A stretch of DNA of 64,000 nucleotides from Ranitomeya imitator (lineage: Eukaryota): NCBI RefSeq assembly GCF_032444005.1, contig NC_091289.1, positions 12,338,001 through 12,402,000 on the forward strand, in the 5' to 3' direction. This document shows positions 1 to 25,187 of this stretch, piece by piece; within the stretch, counting starts at the first letter, position 1, and every line of letters starts with the position of its first letter. Under the pieces are notes generated by a model, which did no database searches, was not told the origin of the DNA, and saw only the letters and a program-made list of their open reading frames with translations. The position numbers were made by a program, and so were the translations under genes.

Positions 1-170
1 ATGCTGCTAGTGAGGTTTTTTTTTTTTTTACCTCTACTAAAAAACACAAGCATGCTCGGCTGAGAGGAGCGTGCATGTGTATTGGAAGGGTTTAGAAGTA
101 ATAACTAGCAGGAGAGTGTGAATGCCCACATTAAGGGTCTTCCTAATGAAGCATTGCAGCCCTGTACTCA

Positions 171-4677
<4,507 letters not shown>

Positions 4678-5238
4678 CCTGAGTGTGATGTGAGCAGACA
4701 CAAGTGTGAGCCGGAGTCACAGAACTTCACTTCCTGCAGAGATAACGGCCAAAGTGAGAAGAGCAGAAGTCAGCGACCGGCACCTCCCCCACAAAACATC
4801 TATAGCATGGCACATGAAGTTATTAAAGGGGTGGTCAACATATAGGACTGGTCACATGTGCTCCATGAATAAAACATGTAGGGGACTAAGCAGTAGTCAC
4901 CGTGCCACAACCTCTGGAACATGTTTAAAGGGGTTTGTCCACTTCAAAAAATAAACTCGTACAATAGATAAGCCAATCCGCCGGCTTATCTAAAGAAATG
5001 AGCGGTCAAGCTCTTCTTAAAAATTGTCCAACCCCTTTAAAAGGGTATTTCCATCTCTTAAAGTAATGGCGTATCTACAAGGCAATAACCGAGGACTGTA
5101 CGGCCGCCTTCATTTATGGGATCTGTGAAGTCCCCAAAGGTTAAACCCCCAGTGATCGAAACATGTGAATGATTCCTACTGATCTCCCAATACTATCTGA
5201 GAAAGTAACACTGCTTTACCCAAAGCCTGGTCCCCGCA

Positions 5239-5660
5239 AATCACAAGAGGGGGGGTCCCAGAGGTCAGACCCCCAATCACAAGAGGGGGGGTCCCAGAGG
5301 TCAGACCCCCAATCACAAGAGGGGGGGTCCCAGAGGTCAGACCCCCAATCACAAGAGGGGGGGTCCCAGAGGTCAGACCCCCAATCACAAGAGGGGGGGT
5401 CCCAGAGGTCAGACCCCCAATCACAAGAGGGGGGGTCCCAGAGGTCAGACCCCCAATCACAAGAGGGGGGGGGTCCCAGAGGTCAGACCCCCAATCACAA
5501 GAGGGGGGGGGGGGTCCCAGAGGTCAGACCCCCAGTCACAAGAGGGGGGGGGGTCCCAGAGGTCAGACCCCCAGTCACAAGAGGGGGGGGGGGTCCCAGA
5601 GGTCAGACCCCCAGTCACAAGAGGGGGGGTCCCAGAGGTCAGACCCCCAGTCACAAGTCC
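5239..5660. repeat. About 36-bp G-rich minisatellite, about 12 copies
   Basis: Unit AAGAGGGGGGGTCCCAGAGGTCAGACCCCCAATCAC with an internal GGGGGTC/GACCCCC hairpin and variable G-run. Confidence 0.95.
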
Positions 5661-5944
5661 CCAGAACCAATGGAGCCCTAAAAGCGAGCGCGACCACACA
5701 GGAAATCCCCGGCAGTCACAAGTGCAGGAGATACAAGGTAAAGAATGAAAGAAAGAAGGAAACAATGAAACAAACAGGAAGGAGGAAATCACCTGATCTG
5801 TGTCCCCAGTATAGTGGTGGCTCGCACTGGTTATACTGGGAGATTAACCCTCTGTCACCAGTGACTCAGCTGTAGGCACCATGAGCGGAGAAATACAGGA
5901 TGGAATGTAAACACTGATGGTGCAAATGTCTCCTAGTGTCCCGT

Positions 5945-8140
5945 ATGTCACACAAGCTGCCCCCTCCTCCACACACAACCTGCCCCCTCCTCCACAGTAC
6001 ACACACACAAGCTGCCCCCTCCTCCACACACAACCTGCCCCCTCCTCCACAGTACAAACACACAAGCTGCCCCCTCCTCCACAGTACACACACAAGCTGC
6101 CCCCTCCTCCACAGTACACACACACACAACCTGCCCCCTCCTCCACAGTACACACACAAGCTGCCCCCTCCTCCACAGTACACACACACACAACCTGCCC
6201 CCTCCTCCACAGTACACACACAAGATGCCCCCTCCTCCACAGTACACACACAAGATGCCCCCTCCTCCACAGTACACACACACAACCTGCCCCCTCCTCC
6301 ACAGTACACACACAAGCTGCCCCCTCCTCCACAGTACACACACACACAACCTGCCCCCTCCTCCACAGTACACACACAACCTGCCCCCTCCTCCACAGTA
6401 CACACACACACAACCTGCCCCCTCGTACACACACACACACAACCTGCCCCCTCCTCCACAGTACACACACACACACAACCTGCGCCCTCGTACACACACA
6501 CACAACCTGCCCCCTCCTCCACAGTACACACACACACAACCTGCCCCCTCGTACATACACACAACCTGCCCCCTCCTCCACAGTACACACACACACAACC
6601 TGCCCCCTCCTCCACAGTACACACACACACAACCTGCCCCCTCCTCCACAGTACACACACAAGCTGCCCCCTCCTCCACAGTACACACACACACAACCTG
6701 CCCCCTCCTCCACAGTACACACACAAGCTGCCCCCTCCTCCACAGTACACACACACACAACCTGCCCCCTCCTCCACAGTACACACACACAACCTGCCCC
6801 CTCCTCCACAGTACACACACACACAACCTGCCCCCTCCTCCACAGTACACACACACAACCTGCCCCCTCCTCCACAGTACACACACACACAAGCTGCCCC
6901 CTCCTCCACAGTACACACACACACAACCTGCCCCCTCCTCCACAGTACACACACACACAACCTGCCCCCTCCTCCACAGTACACACACAGAAGCTGCCCC
7001 CTCCTCCACAGTACACACACACACACACACAACCTGCCCCCTCCTCCACAGTACACACACACACAACCTGCCCCCTCCTCCACAGTACACACACACAAGC
7101 TGCCCCCTCCTCCACAGTACACACACACAAGCTGCCCCCTCCTCCACAGTACACACACAACCTGCCCCCTCCTCCACAGTACACACACACAACCTGCCCC
7201 CTCCTCCACAGTACACACACACACACAACCTGCCCCCTCCTCCACAGTACACACACACAACCTGCCCCCTCCTCCACAGTACACACACAACCTGCCCCCT
7301 CCTCCACAGTACACACACACAACCTGCCCCCTCCTCCACAGTACACACACACACACAACCTGCCCCCTCCTCCACAGTACACACACACAACCTGCCCCCT
7401 CCTCCACAGTACACACACACACAACCTGCCCCCTCCTCCACAGTACACACACACACAACCTGCCCCCTCCTCCACAGTACACACACACAACCTGCCCCCT
7501 CCTCCACAGTACACACACACACAACCTGCCCCCTCCTCCACAGTACACACACAGAAGCTGCCCCCTCCTCCACAGTACACACACACACAAGCTGCCCCCT
7601 CCTCCACAGTACACACACAGAAGCTGCCCCCTCCTCCACAGTACACACACACACAAGCTGCCCCCTCCTCCACAGTACACACACACACAACCTGCCCCCT
7701 CCTCCACAGTACACACACACACAACCTGCCCCCTCCTCCACAGTACACACACAGAAGCTGCCCCCTCCTCCACAGTACACACACACACACAACCTGCCCC
7801 CTCCTCCACAGTACACACACACACAACCTACCCCCTCCTCCACAGTACACACACACAAGCTGCCCCCTCCTCCACAGTACACACACAACCTGCCCCCTCG
7901 TACACACACACACAACCTGCCCCCTCCTCCACAGTACACACACAGAAGCTGCCCCCTCCTCCACAGTACACACACACACACAAGCTGCCCCCTCCTCCAC
8001 AGTACACACACACAAGCTGCCCCCTCCTCCACAGTACACACACAACCTGCCCCCTCGTACACACACACACAACCTGCCCCCTCCTCCACAGTACACACAC
8101 ACAACCTGCCCCCTCCTCCACAGTACACACACAACCTGCC
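5945..8140. repeat. About 30-bp minisatellite with variable (AC)n spacer, about 70 copies, in TPRA1 intron 1
   Basis: Unit AACCTGCCCCCTCCTCCACAGT(AC)n; explains six overlapping nonsense ORFs. Confidence 0.97.
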
Positions 8141-8280
8141 CCTTCCCTGCCCCCCACCTCAGCCCTCTGTGCACCCTCTTATACCGCCTGTATTCGCCCC
8201 GCTTTCCTCTGCTCCCATCGCCGTCTCCAGTGCCTCCTGTGCCCCCTCTCCCGCCCCGCTTCCCTCCTGTGCCCGGTTAC

Positions 8281-8420
8281 CTCTCATGGAGCCGCCCGCA
8301 GTCCGCCGCTCTCGCCCGCTGGTAGCTGCGCTCCTCTGTTTTGGTCTGGCCGCGATCGATGACTCCGCGCTCTGCCAGGATCCCCGCGGGCTGAGCGCCG
8401 AGCGATGGATGGGCGGAGCC
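8281..8420 (-). other. TPRA1: Putative non-coding exon 1 of TPRA1 (5' boundary approximate)
   Basis: CpG-rich island (about 8180-8500) with a donor-like GAG|GTAACC whose GT is at 8280-8279, next to promoter motifs. No transcript evidence. Confidence 0.55.
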
Positions 8421-8443
8421 TGGAGAGCAGTCACGTGACGTGA
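8411..8443. promoter_or_regulatory. TPRA1 proximal promoter motifs: GC box, palindromic E-box/CLEAR GTCACGTGAC, overlapping CRE-like TGACGTGA
   Basis: GGGCGG at 8411-8416, GTCACGTGAC at 8430-8439 and TGACGTGA at 8436-8443, inside a CpG island. Confidence 0.6.
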
Positions 8444-8940
8444 GACTCCGCAGCGCCGCCGGCCGGCCGGACCCGGAGCGTGCGACATTCCGCTGATCTG
8501 TGCGACATTACTGGATCTGTGCAACAGATGTCGAACGTAAAAGTTTAAGTTTAGTTTATTTATATCAGTGTTTTTTTTGTGTCGTCGTTTTCTTCCCTTT
8601 CCGCCGCTGGCCCTGTGTGTGTGTTCCAAGTGTCAGTTTTTATTTTTCTTTAGGGGGAGGAGAGGGTTAAATAGAACTTTTTTTTCTAGCGTTTCCCCGT
8701 CCTGCTACCAGGGATCCGTGTGTGAACCCGGACTACGGGGCGTCGCCACAGAATTTGTTTTTTTTTTTAAAAATAAAGAAATAAACATTGCTGCGTTATT
8801 CATGCGTTTTTTTCTCTGCCAAAATTGCTGCAAAGCATTTAGGGAGGAAAAAAAACAAACAAAAAAAACAAATAAAAATCATATGAGTGAAGCGGAGGGA
8901 GATTCGACCTGCTTAGTTTCCTAGTCCTGACAAAGGGGCG

Positions 8941-11900
8941 TGGCTCAGGGTGACAGACACGCCCCCAGTGTGGCTCAGGGTGACAGACACGCCCCCAGTG
9001 TGACTCAGGGTGACAGACACGCCCCCAGTGTGGCTCCGGGTGACAGACACGCCCCCAGTGTGGCTCCTGGTGACAGACACGCCCCCAGTGTGGCTCAGGG
9101 TGACAGACACGCCCCCAGTGTGACTCAGGGTGACAGACACGCCCCCAGTGTGGCTCAGGGTGACAGACACGCCCCCCAGTGTGACTCAGGGTGACAGACA
9201 CGCCCCCAGTGTGACTCAGGGTGACAGACACGCCCCCAGTGTGGCTCAGGGTGACAGACACGCCCCCAGTGTGGCTCAGGGTGACAGACACGCCCCCAGT
9301 GTGGCTCCGGGTGACAGACACGCCCCCAGTGTGGCTCAGGGTGACGGACACGCCCCCAGTGTGGCTCAGGGTGACAGACACGCCCCCAGTGTGGCTCCGG
9401 GTGACGGACACGCCCCCAGTGTGGCTCCGGGTGACGGACACGCCCCCAGTGTGGCTCAGGGTGACAGACACGCCCCCAGTGTGACTCAGGGTGACGGACA
9501 CGCCCCCAGTGTGGCTCAGGGTGACGGACACGCCCCCAGTGTGACTCAGGGTGACAGACACGCCCCCAGTGTGACTCAGGGTGACAGACACGCCTCCAGT
9601 GTGGCTCCGGGTGACAGACACGCCCCCAGTGTGACTCAGGGTGACAGACACGCCCCCAGTGTGGCTCAGGGTGACAGACACGCCCCCAGTGTGGCTCCGG
9701 GTGACAGACACGCCCCCAGTGTGACTCAGGGTGACAGACACGCCCCCAGTGTGGCTCAGGGTGACAGACACGCCTCCAGTGTGGCTCCGGGTGACAGACA
9801 CGCCCCCAGTGTGACTCAGGGTGACAGACACGCCCCTAGTGTGGCTCAGGGTGACAGACATGCCCCCAGTGTGGCTCCGGGTGACAGACACGCCCCCAGT
9901 GTGGCTCCGGGTGACGGACACGCCCCCAGTGTGGCTCCGGGTGACAGACACGCCCCCAGTGTGGCTCCTGGTGACGGACACGCCCCCAGTGTGGCTCAGG
10001 GCGACGGACACGCCCCCAGTGTGGCTCAGGGTGACAGACACGCCCCCAGTGTGGCTCCGGGTGACGGACACGCCCCCAGTGTGGCTCCGGGTGACAGACA
10101 CGCCCCCAGTGTGGCTCCTGGTGACGGACACGCCCCCAGTGTGGCTCAGGGCGACGGACACGCCCCCAGTGTGGCTCAGGGTGACAGACACGCCCCCAGT
10201 GTGGCTCAGGGTGACAGACACGCCCCCAGTGTGGCTCAGGGTGACAGACACGCCCCCAGTGTGGCTCCGGGTGACAGACACGCCCCCAGTGTGGCTCAGG
10301 GTGACGGACACGCCCCCAGTGTGGCTCAGGGTGACAGACACGCCCCCAGTGTGACTCAGGGTGACAGACACGCCCCCAGTGTGACTCAGGGTGACAGACA
10401 CGCCTCCAGTGTGGCTCCGGGTGACAGACACGCCCCCAGTGTGGCTCCGGGTGACGGACACGCCCCCAGTGTGGCTCCGGGTGACGGACACGCCCCCAGT
10501 GTGGCTCCTGGTGACGGACACGCCCCCAGTGTGGCTCCGGGTGACGGACACGCCCCCAGTGTGGCTCCGGGTGACAGACACGCCCCCAGTGTGGCTCCTG
10601 GTGACGGACACGCCCCCAGTGTGGCTCAGGGTGACGGACACGCCCCCAGTGTGGCTCCGGGTGACAGACACGCCCCCAGTGTGGCTCAGGGTGACGGACA
10701 CGCCCCCAGTGTGGCTCAGGGTGACAGACACACCCCCAGTGTGGCTCCGGGTGATGGACACGCCCCCATTGTGGCTCAGGGTGACGGACACGCCCCCAGT
10801 GTGGCTCCGGGTGACAGACACACCCCCAGTGTGGCTCCTGGTGACAGACACGCCCCCAGTGTGGCTCCTGGTGACAGACACGCCCCCAGTGTGGCTCAGG
10901 GTGACAGACACGCCCCCAGTGTGGCTCAGGGTGACAGACACGCCCCCAGTGTGGCTCCTGGTGACAGACACGCCCCCAGTGTGGCTTCGGGTGATGGACA
11001 CGCCCCCAGTGTGGCTCCTGGTGATGGACACGCCCCCAGTGTAGCTCAGGGTGACAGACACGCCCCCAGTGTGGCTCAGGGTGACAGACACGCCCCCAGT
11101 GTGGCTCCTGGTGACAGACACGCCCCCAGTGTGGCTCCTGGTGACAGACACGCCCCCAGTGTGGCTCCTGGTGACAGACACGCCCCCAGTGTGGCTCCTG
11201 GTGACAGCCACGCCCCCAGTGTGGCTCAGGGTGACAGACACGCCCCCAGTGTGGCTCCTGGTGACAGACACGCCCCCAGTGTGGCTCCTGGTGACAGACA
11301 CGCCCCCAGTGTGGCTCCTGGTGACAGACACGCCCCCAGTGTGGCTCCTGGTGACAGACACGCCCCCAGTGTGGCTCCTGGTGACAGACACGCCCCCAGT
11401 GTGGCTCCTGGTGACAGACACGCCCCCAGTGTGGCTTCGGGTGATGGACACGCCCCCAGTGTGACTCAGGGTGACAGACACGCCCCCAGTGTGGCTCCTG
11501 GTGACAGACACGCCCCCAGTGTGACTCAGGGTGACAGACACGCCCCCAGTGTGGCTCCTGGTGACAGACACGCCCCCAGTGTGGCTCCTGGTGACAGACA
11601 CGCCCCCAGTGTGGCTCAGGGTGACAGACACGCCCCCAGTGTGGCTCCGGGTGACAGACACGCCCCCAGTGTGGCTCCTGGTGACAGACACGCCCCCAGT
11701 GTGACTCAGGGTGACAGACACGCCCCCAGTGTGGCTCCTGGTGACGGACACGCCCCCAGTGTGGCTCCTGGTGACAGACACGCCCCCAGTGTGGCTCCTG
11801 GTGACAGACACGCCCCCAGTGTGGCTCCTGGTGACAGACACGCCCCCAGTGTGGCTCAGGGTGACAGACACGCCCCAGTGTGGCTCCTGGTGACAGACAC

Positions 11901-13675
11901 GCCCCCAGTGTGGCTCCTGGTGACGGACACGCCCCCAGTGTGGCTTCGGGTGATGGACACGCCCCCAGTGTGGCTCAGGGTGACAGACACGCCCCCAGTG
12001 TGGCTCCTGGTGACAGATACGCCCCCAGTGTGGCTCCTGGTGACAGACACGCCCCCAGTGTGGCTTCGGGTGATGGACACGCCCCCAGTGTGGCTCCGGG
12101 TGACGGACACGCCCCCAGTGTGGCTCCTGGTGACAGACACGCCCCCAGTGTGGCTCCTGGTGACAGACACGCCCCCAGTGTGGCTCCTGGTGACAGACAC
12201 GCCCCCAGTGTGGCTCCTGGTGACAGACACGCCCCCAGTGTGGCTCAGGGTGACAGACACGCCCCCAGTGTGGCTCAGGGTGACAGACACGCCCCAGTGT
12301 GGCTCCTGGTGACAGACACGCCCCCAGTGTGGCTCCTGGTGACGGACACGCCCCAGTGTGGCTTCGGGTGATGGACACGCCCCCAGTGTGGCTCAGGGTG
12401 ACAGACACGCCCCCAGTGTGGCTCCGGGTGACAGACACGCCCCCAGTGTGGCTCCTGGTGACAGCCACGCCCCCAGTGTGGCTCCTGGTGACAGACACGC
12501 CCCCAGTGTGGCTCCTGGTGACAGACACGCCCCCAGTGTGGCTCAGGGTGACAGACACGCCCCCAGTGTGGCTCCTGGTGATGGACACGCCCCCAGTGTG
12601 GCTTCGGGTTATGGACACGCCCCCAGTGTGGCTCCGGGTGACAGACACACCCCCAGTGTGGCTCCTGGTGACAGACACGCCCCCAGTGTGACTCAGGGTG
12701 ACAGACACGCCCCCAGTGTGGCTCCTGGTGACGGACACGCCCCCAGTGTGGCTCCTGGTGACGGACACGCCCCCAGTGTGGCTCCTGGTGACAGACACGC
12801 CCCCAGTGTGGCTCCTGGTGACAGACACGCCCCCAGTGTGGCTCCTGGTGACAGACACGCCCCCAGTGTGGCTCAGGGTGACAGACACGCCCCCAGTGTG
12901 GCTCCTGGTGACAGACACGCCCCCAGTGTGGCTCCTGGTGACAGACACGCCCCCAGTGTGACTCAGGGTGATAGACACGCCCCCAGTGTGGCTCCTGGTG
13001 ACGGACACGCCCCCAGTGTGGCTCCTGGTGACAGACACGCCCCCAGTGTGGCTCCTGGTGACGGACACGCCCCCAGTGTGGCTCAGGGTGACAGACACGC
13101 CCCCAGTGTGGCTCAGGGTGACAGACACGCCCCCAGTGTGGCTCAGGGTGACAGACACGCCCCCAGTGTGGCTCCTGGTGACAGACACGCCCCCAGTGTG
13201 ACTCAGGGTGATAGACACGCCCCCAGTGTGGCTCCTGGTGACGGACACGCCCCCAGTGTGGCTCCTGGTGACAGACACGCCCCCAGTGTGGCTCCTGGTG
13301 ACGGACACGCCCCCAGTGTGGCTCAGGGTGACAGACACGCCCCCAGTGTGGCTCAGGGTGACAGACACGCCCCCAGTGTGGCTCAGGGTGACAGACACGC
13401 CCCCAGTGTGGCTCAGGGTGACAGACACTCCCCCAGTGTGGCTTCGGGTGACGGACACGCCCCCAGTGTGGCTCCTGGTGACGGACACGCCCCCAGTGTG
13501 GCTCCTGGTGACAGACACGCCCCCAGTGTGGCTCCTGGTGACAGACACGCCCCCAGTGTGGCTCCTGGTGACAGACACGCCCCCAGTGTGGCTCCTGGTG
13601 ACAGACACGCCCCCAGTGTAGCTCAGGGTGACAGACACGCCCCCAGTGTGGCTCCGGGTGATGGACACGCCCCCA
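8941..13675. repeat. 30-bp tandem array, about 158 copies, between the TPRA1 and MCM2 promoters
   Basis: Unit GTGACAGACACGCCCCCAGTGTGGCTC(AGG/CGG/CTG); 240-bp higher-order duplication at 12961-13200 and 13201-13440. Confidence 0.98.
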
Positions 13676-13866
13676 CAGAATCCCGTATAGTCTATAACGC
13701 TAGAACCTTCTGTGAATTGAAACTTGCATTGGGGGCATGCTGGGAGTTGTAGTGTCTCCGCCGCCGGAGTTCAGCTCCCTGACATAGCTCCATCTACACA
13801 AACCGCAGCAGTTTTTTTGCTGAATCCAATCCAAAAAAAATCGCGACACAAACGCTATCTCTCTAT

Positions 13867-14058
13867 GGCTGCGGTCACACTAGCAGTATTTGGTCAGTAT
13901 TTTACCTCAGTATTTGTAGCTAAAACCAGGAGTGGGTGATAAATACAGAAGTGGTGCATGTTTCTATTATACTTTTCCTCTACTTGTTCCACTCCTGGTT
14001 TTGGCTACAAATAATGATGTAAAATACTGACCAAATACTATATAGTGTGACGGCAGCC
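13867..14058. mobile_element. MITE, PIF/Harbinger (Tourist)-like
   Basis: TIRs GGCTGCGGTCACACTA and TAGTGTGACGGCAGCC (1 mismatch); 3-bp TSD TAT at 13864-13866 and 14059-14061; long internal inverted symmetry. Confidence 0.85.
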
Positions 14059-14079
14059 TATCACAGCAATGATCCCAAC

Positions 14080-14280
14080 GCCCCGCCCACCTGCAGCGTT
14101 ACTCCGCCTCTTATTACCAGATCACTCACTTATTCAGAAGCCGTATTACCCCGCCTCCTTGTAATGACCAATTGGAAGCCCGGAGGTTGCGAGGGCCCGC
14201 CCTTGAGAAGGCGGAGTTTATGCAAACGAAGATATTTTCGCGGGCTTGAGCGGGTCATGTGGTATTTTCGCGCCAAACTG
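14080..14280 (+). promoter_or_regulatory. MCM2 promoter with GC boxes, CCAAT and two E2F sites
   Basis: CCCCGCCC near 14081; CCAATTGG at 14168-14175; TTTTCGCGGG at 14235-14244; TTTTCGCGCCAAA at 14265-14277, about 60-100 bp upstream of the ATG. MCM genes are established E2F targets. Confidence 0.8.
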
Positions 14281-14333
14281 CGGGCAGGAGAAAGCGAGAA
14301 GTGTGTGAGCGGAGAGTCCGGAGCAGCAGCGAC

Positions 14334-23136
<8,803 letters not shown>

Positions 23137-24544
23137 GCCGGCGCGCTCCGCGGGATGTGATGCGGGACACATGGACCTCTGTCAGCACAAAATGAGGGGA
23201 CAAAAAAAAGATCTTGTGGCAAATCTGCTTTTTGCGGCACTGAGGCGTGACGCCCGTGCTAATCTTCATTTAAAGTGACCGGATTCTCAGTGCCGTGGTA
23301 AAATGGCGTCGGACCGGCCGCTCCCCATGGGAAGCTCGTCTCCCCCCAGTTTAATGTTCTTGTTACTGGTTTGTCTAGACCAATGTGCACAACGTTCGGC
23401 CACACGCACGGCCACAAACATTGACTTTTGTGACTTTTTGTGCTTGGGACTCGTTACTTCTGCGATAGTACGTCTCTTGTATGTTTGATACTGATGCAAC
23501 GTGTAATTTTCTAGTGAAATATAACAAGTTTGTTCGATAGTTGTCTGATTTTCTTTTCGGAAGGGTGACCGTCTCGGGGGTTCATGCATATGATATTAAG
23601 CATTTGTGATGGCCCCATATTGTAATTTTAAAGAGGTTTTCTAAATGTAAAATAACATAAAAGCAGATAGTTGTAGCAGCAGTGTCGCTGTTAAATCGAC
23701 ATCGTTCATAACCGCTGCAGCCAATCACTCGGCGGCTCTTTCTCTTCATCAGCGGAGTTGCTAAGTTCAGTGAAGCCAAAGCCCTGAGATTGGAGCAGCG
23801 GTGACAGTGGCGCTTGACCCAGGGAGGACGAGCACATGAGCTGCTGCTTTCCAAACCAGTGCTGGAAAATAAGCATGTCCCATTGCATCTGCTCTTGTCA
23901 CGGGGTCTTTGCACCTGGCTGTATGGGTGTTTTCGGACTGACATCACTTGACCACATTGTAGCCTGCAGGTCGGAGCCACGGCATATGCACTCTATACTT
24001 TTTCTGGGTTTGAGCCGCTCTTCTGGAGTATGTTAAATGGCTGCCACATTATTACCATATAGGTAATCGGCCTCATACGTTCGTTCTAAAAATCTGCATC
24101 GTAGGTTGACCTGCGGCGCAGATCTTCAGACTGTCGCTTTACGCCGCAGTGCAGAGGGTGCAATACACCAGGGGTGTGCGGTAAACCTGCAGGTAAGATC
24201 TGTGATGTCTGCGCCGTACAGAATGGTGCTGACGTCTGACACTCGGCAGCAGATTGATGCTTAAGCTGTGAAGACTCCAAATAGCAGATGGGTAATTAGA
24301 GGTGAACAGAGATTTGCTAAATCGGGTCAGACTGGCATCTGCCGGCTGCGCTGCTTCCGTACAGTCTGGGATCCCGGGGTAGGGTCTGCATCCCGCTATG
24401 ATGGATGGGCTGCACCTTACAGGTGGGCTTTCCTGCTCCGCCTGCATTAAAGGGGTGTTGTGCTACCATGTCATGAAGCATGTGGGAGTTGTAGGTTTTG
24501 CAACAGGTGGAGAGCGACCAGAGTTTGGGGTGATTATAATATAA

Positions 24545-24545
24545 T

Positions 24546-24571
<26 letters not shown>
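24545..24571. repeat. (AT)n microsatellite
   Basis: Run of TA dinucleotides. Confidence 0.9.
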
Positions 24572-24576
<5 letters not shown>

Positions 24577-25187
24577 CTACTGAGTATGCTGTGAACTGGA
24601 GTCTGAGAAGGTGCAATTTAATTGGAATGTTACACCTTACTTTTTTATGGCAAAAATTGTTTTAAAAATTTGGAATATACCGTATGTTCCTTAGAGGGTT
24701 CTTGTATCCCGTCTCTCGCGTCATGCCTCTGCACAGTAATGGGGGCATGTCCGGGGACGACCATGGGGTTTCTGACCAGGACTAAAAGCATCGTCGTGAT
24801 CTACGTGACGCTGATACATTCTGATGAAGACTGACCTAATGAATATCCATGGCCGTCTGCTATTTGGTAGCCACAATCCTGCACTCCTGTCTCCCCCTCT
24901 TTTAAAGGGACTGTCCGCACGGAATGTTCAAACCATCGGGGCTTCATGGCAGCAGATGGAACAGTCATTCTGTGCTGACAGTCCTTTTTAACCCTGTCCC
25001 TGCTGATACTTGCAGGCTCAGGGCAGGCCGCCATGTTCTCCTGTTCTTCTTAATTTCCTGTGGCTTCTCTTACTCCTCTTCTGCACGTCCGCAACAAAGC
25101 CGGCTCTCCGGCCACCACGTTTTTTTAGGCATTGGCCATGAATACTGTTACTTCCTTTCCATCTTGTATACATCTTAGAACAGTCTG

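Noticed and set aside
4929-5036. Possible short TTAA-flanked MITE
   Set aside because: TTAA and AGGGG/CCCCT ends are present but the inner TIRs do not match well, so it is not listed as a discrete feature.
5844-8438. Six overlapping ORFs of 650-810 aa (Cys/Val/Gly-rich or Pro/His/Thr-rich)
   Set aside because: They are translations of the 30-bp (AC)n minisatellite, which lacks stops. They are open on both strands and in several frames, lie in TPRA1 intron 1, and have no domain content.
8839-13752. 1609-aa, 1060-aa and 464-aa ORFs with decapeptide repeats (SHTGGVSVTR, APSVAPGDRH), superficially like ice-nucleation or mucin proteins
   Set aside because: A 30-bp unit divisible by 3 is open in most frames on both strands. 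Single-base indels switch frames freely and variation is not biased to synonymous sites.
23137-23900. MCM2 polyadenylation site
   Set aside because: No canonical AATAAA was found; only the variant CATAAA at 23656-23661. This is too weak to call without transcript data.
25030-25055. Perfect Kozak GCCGCCATG
   Set aside because: It reads MFSCSS* and stops immediately, with no donor; likely chance.
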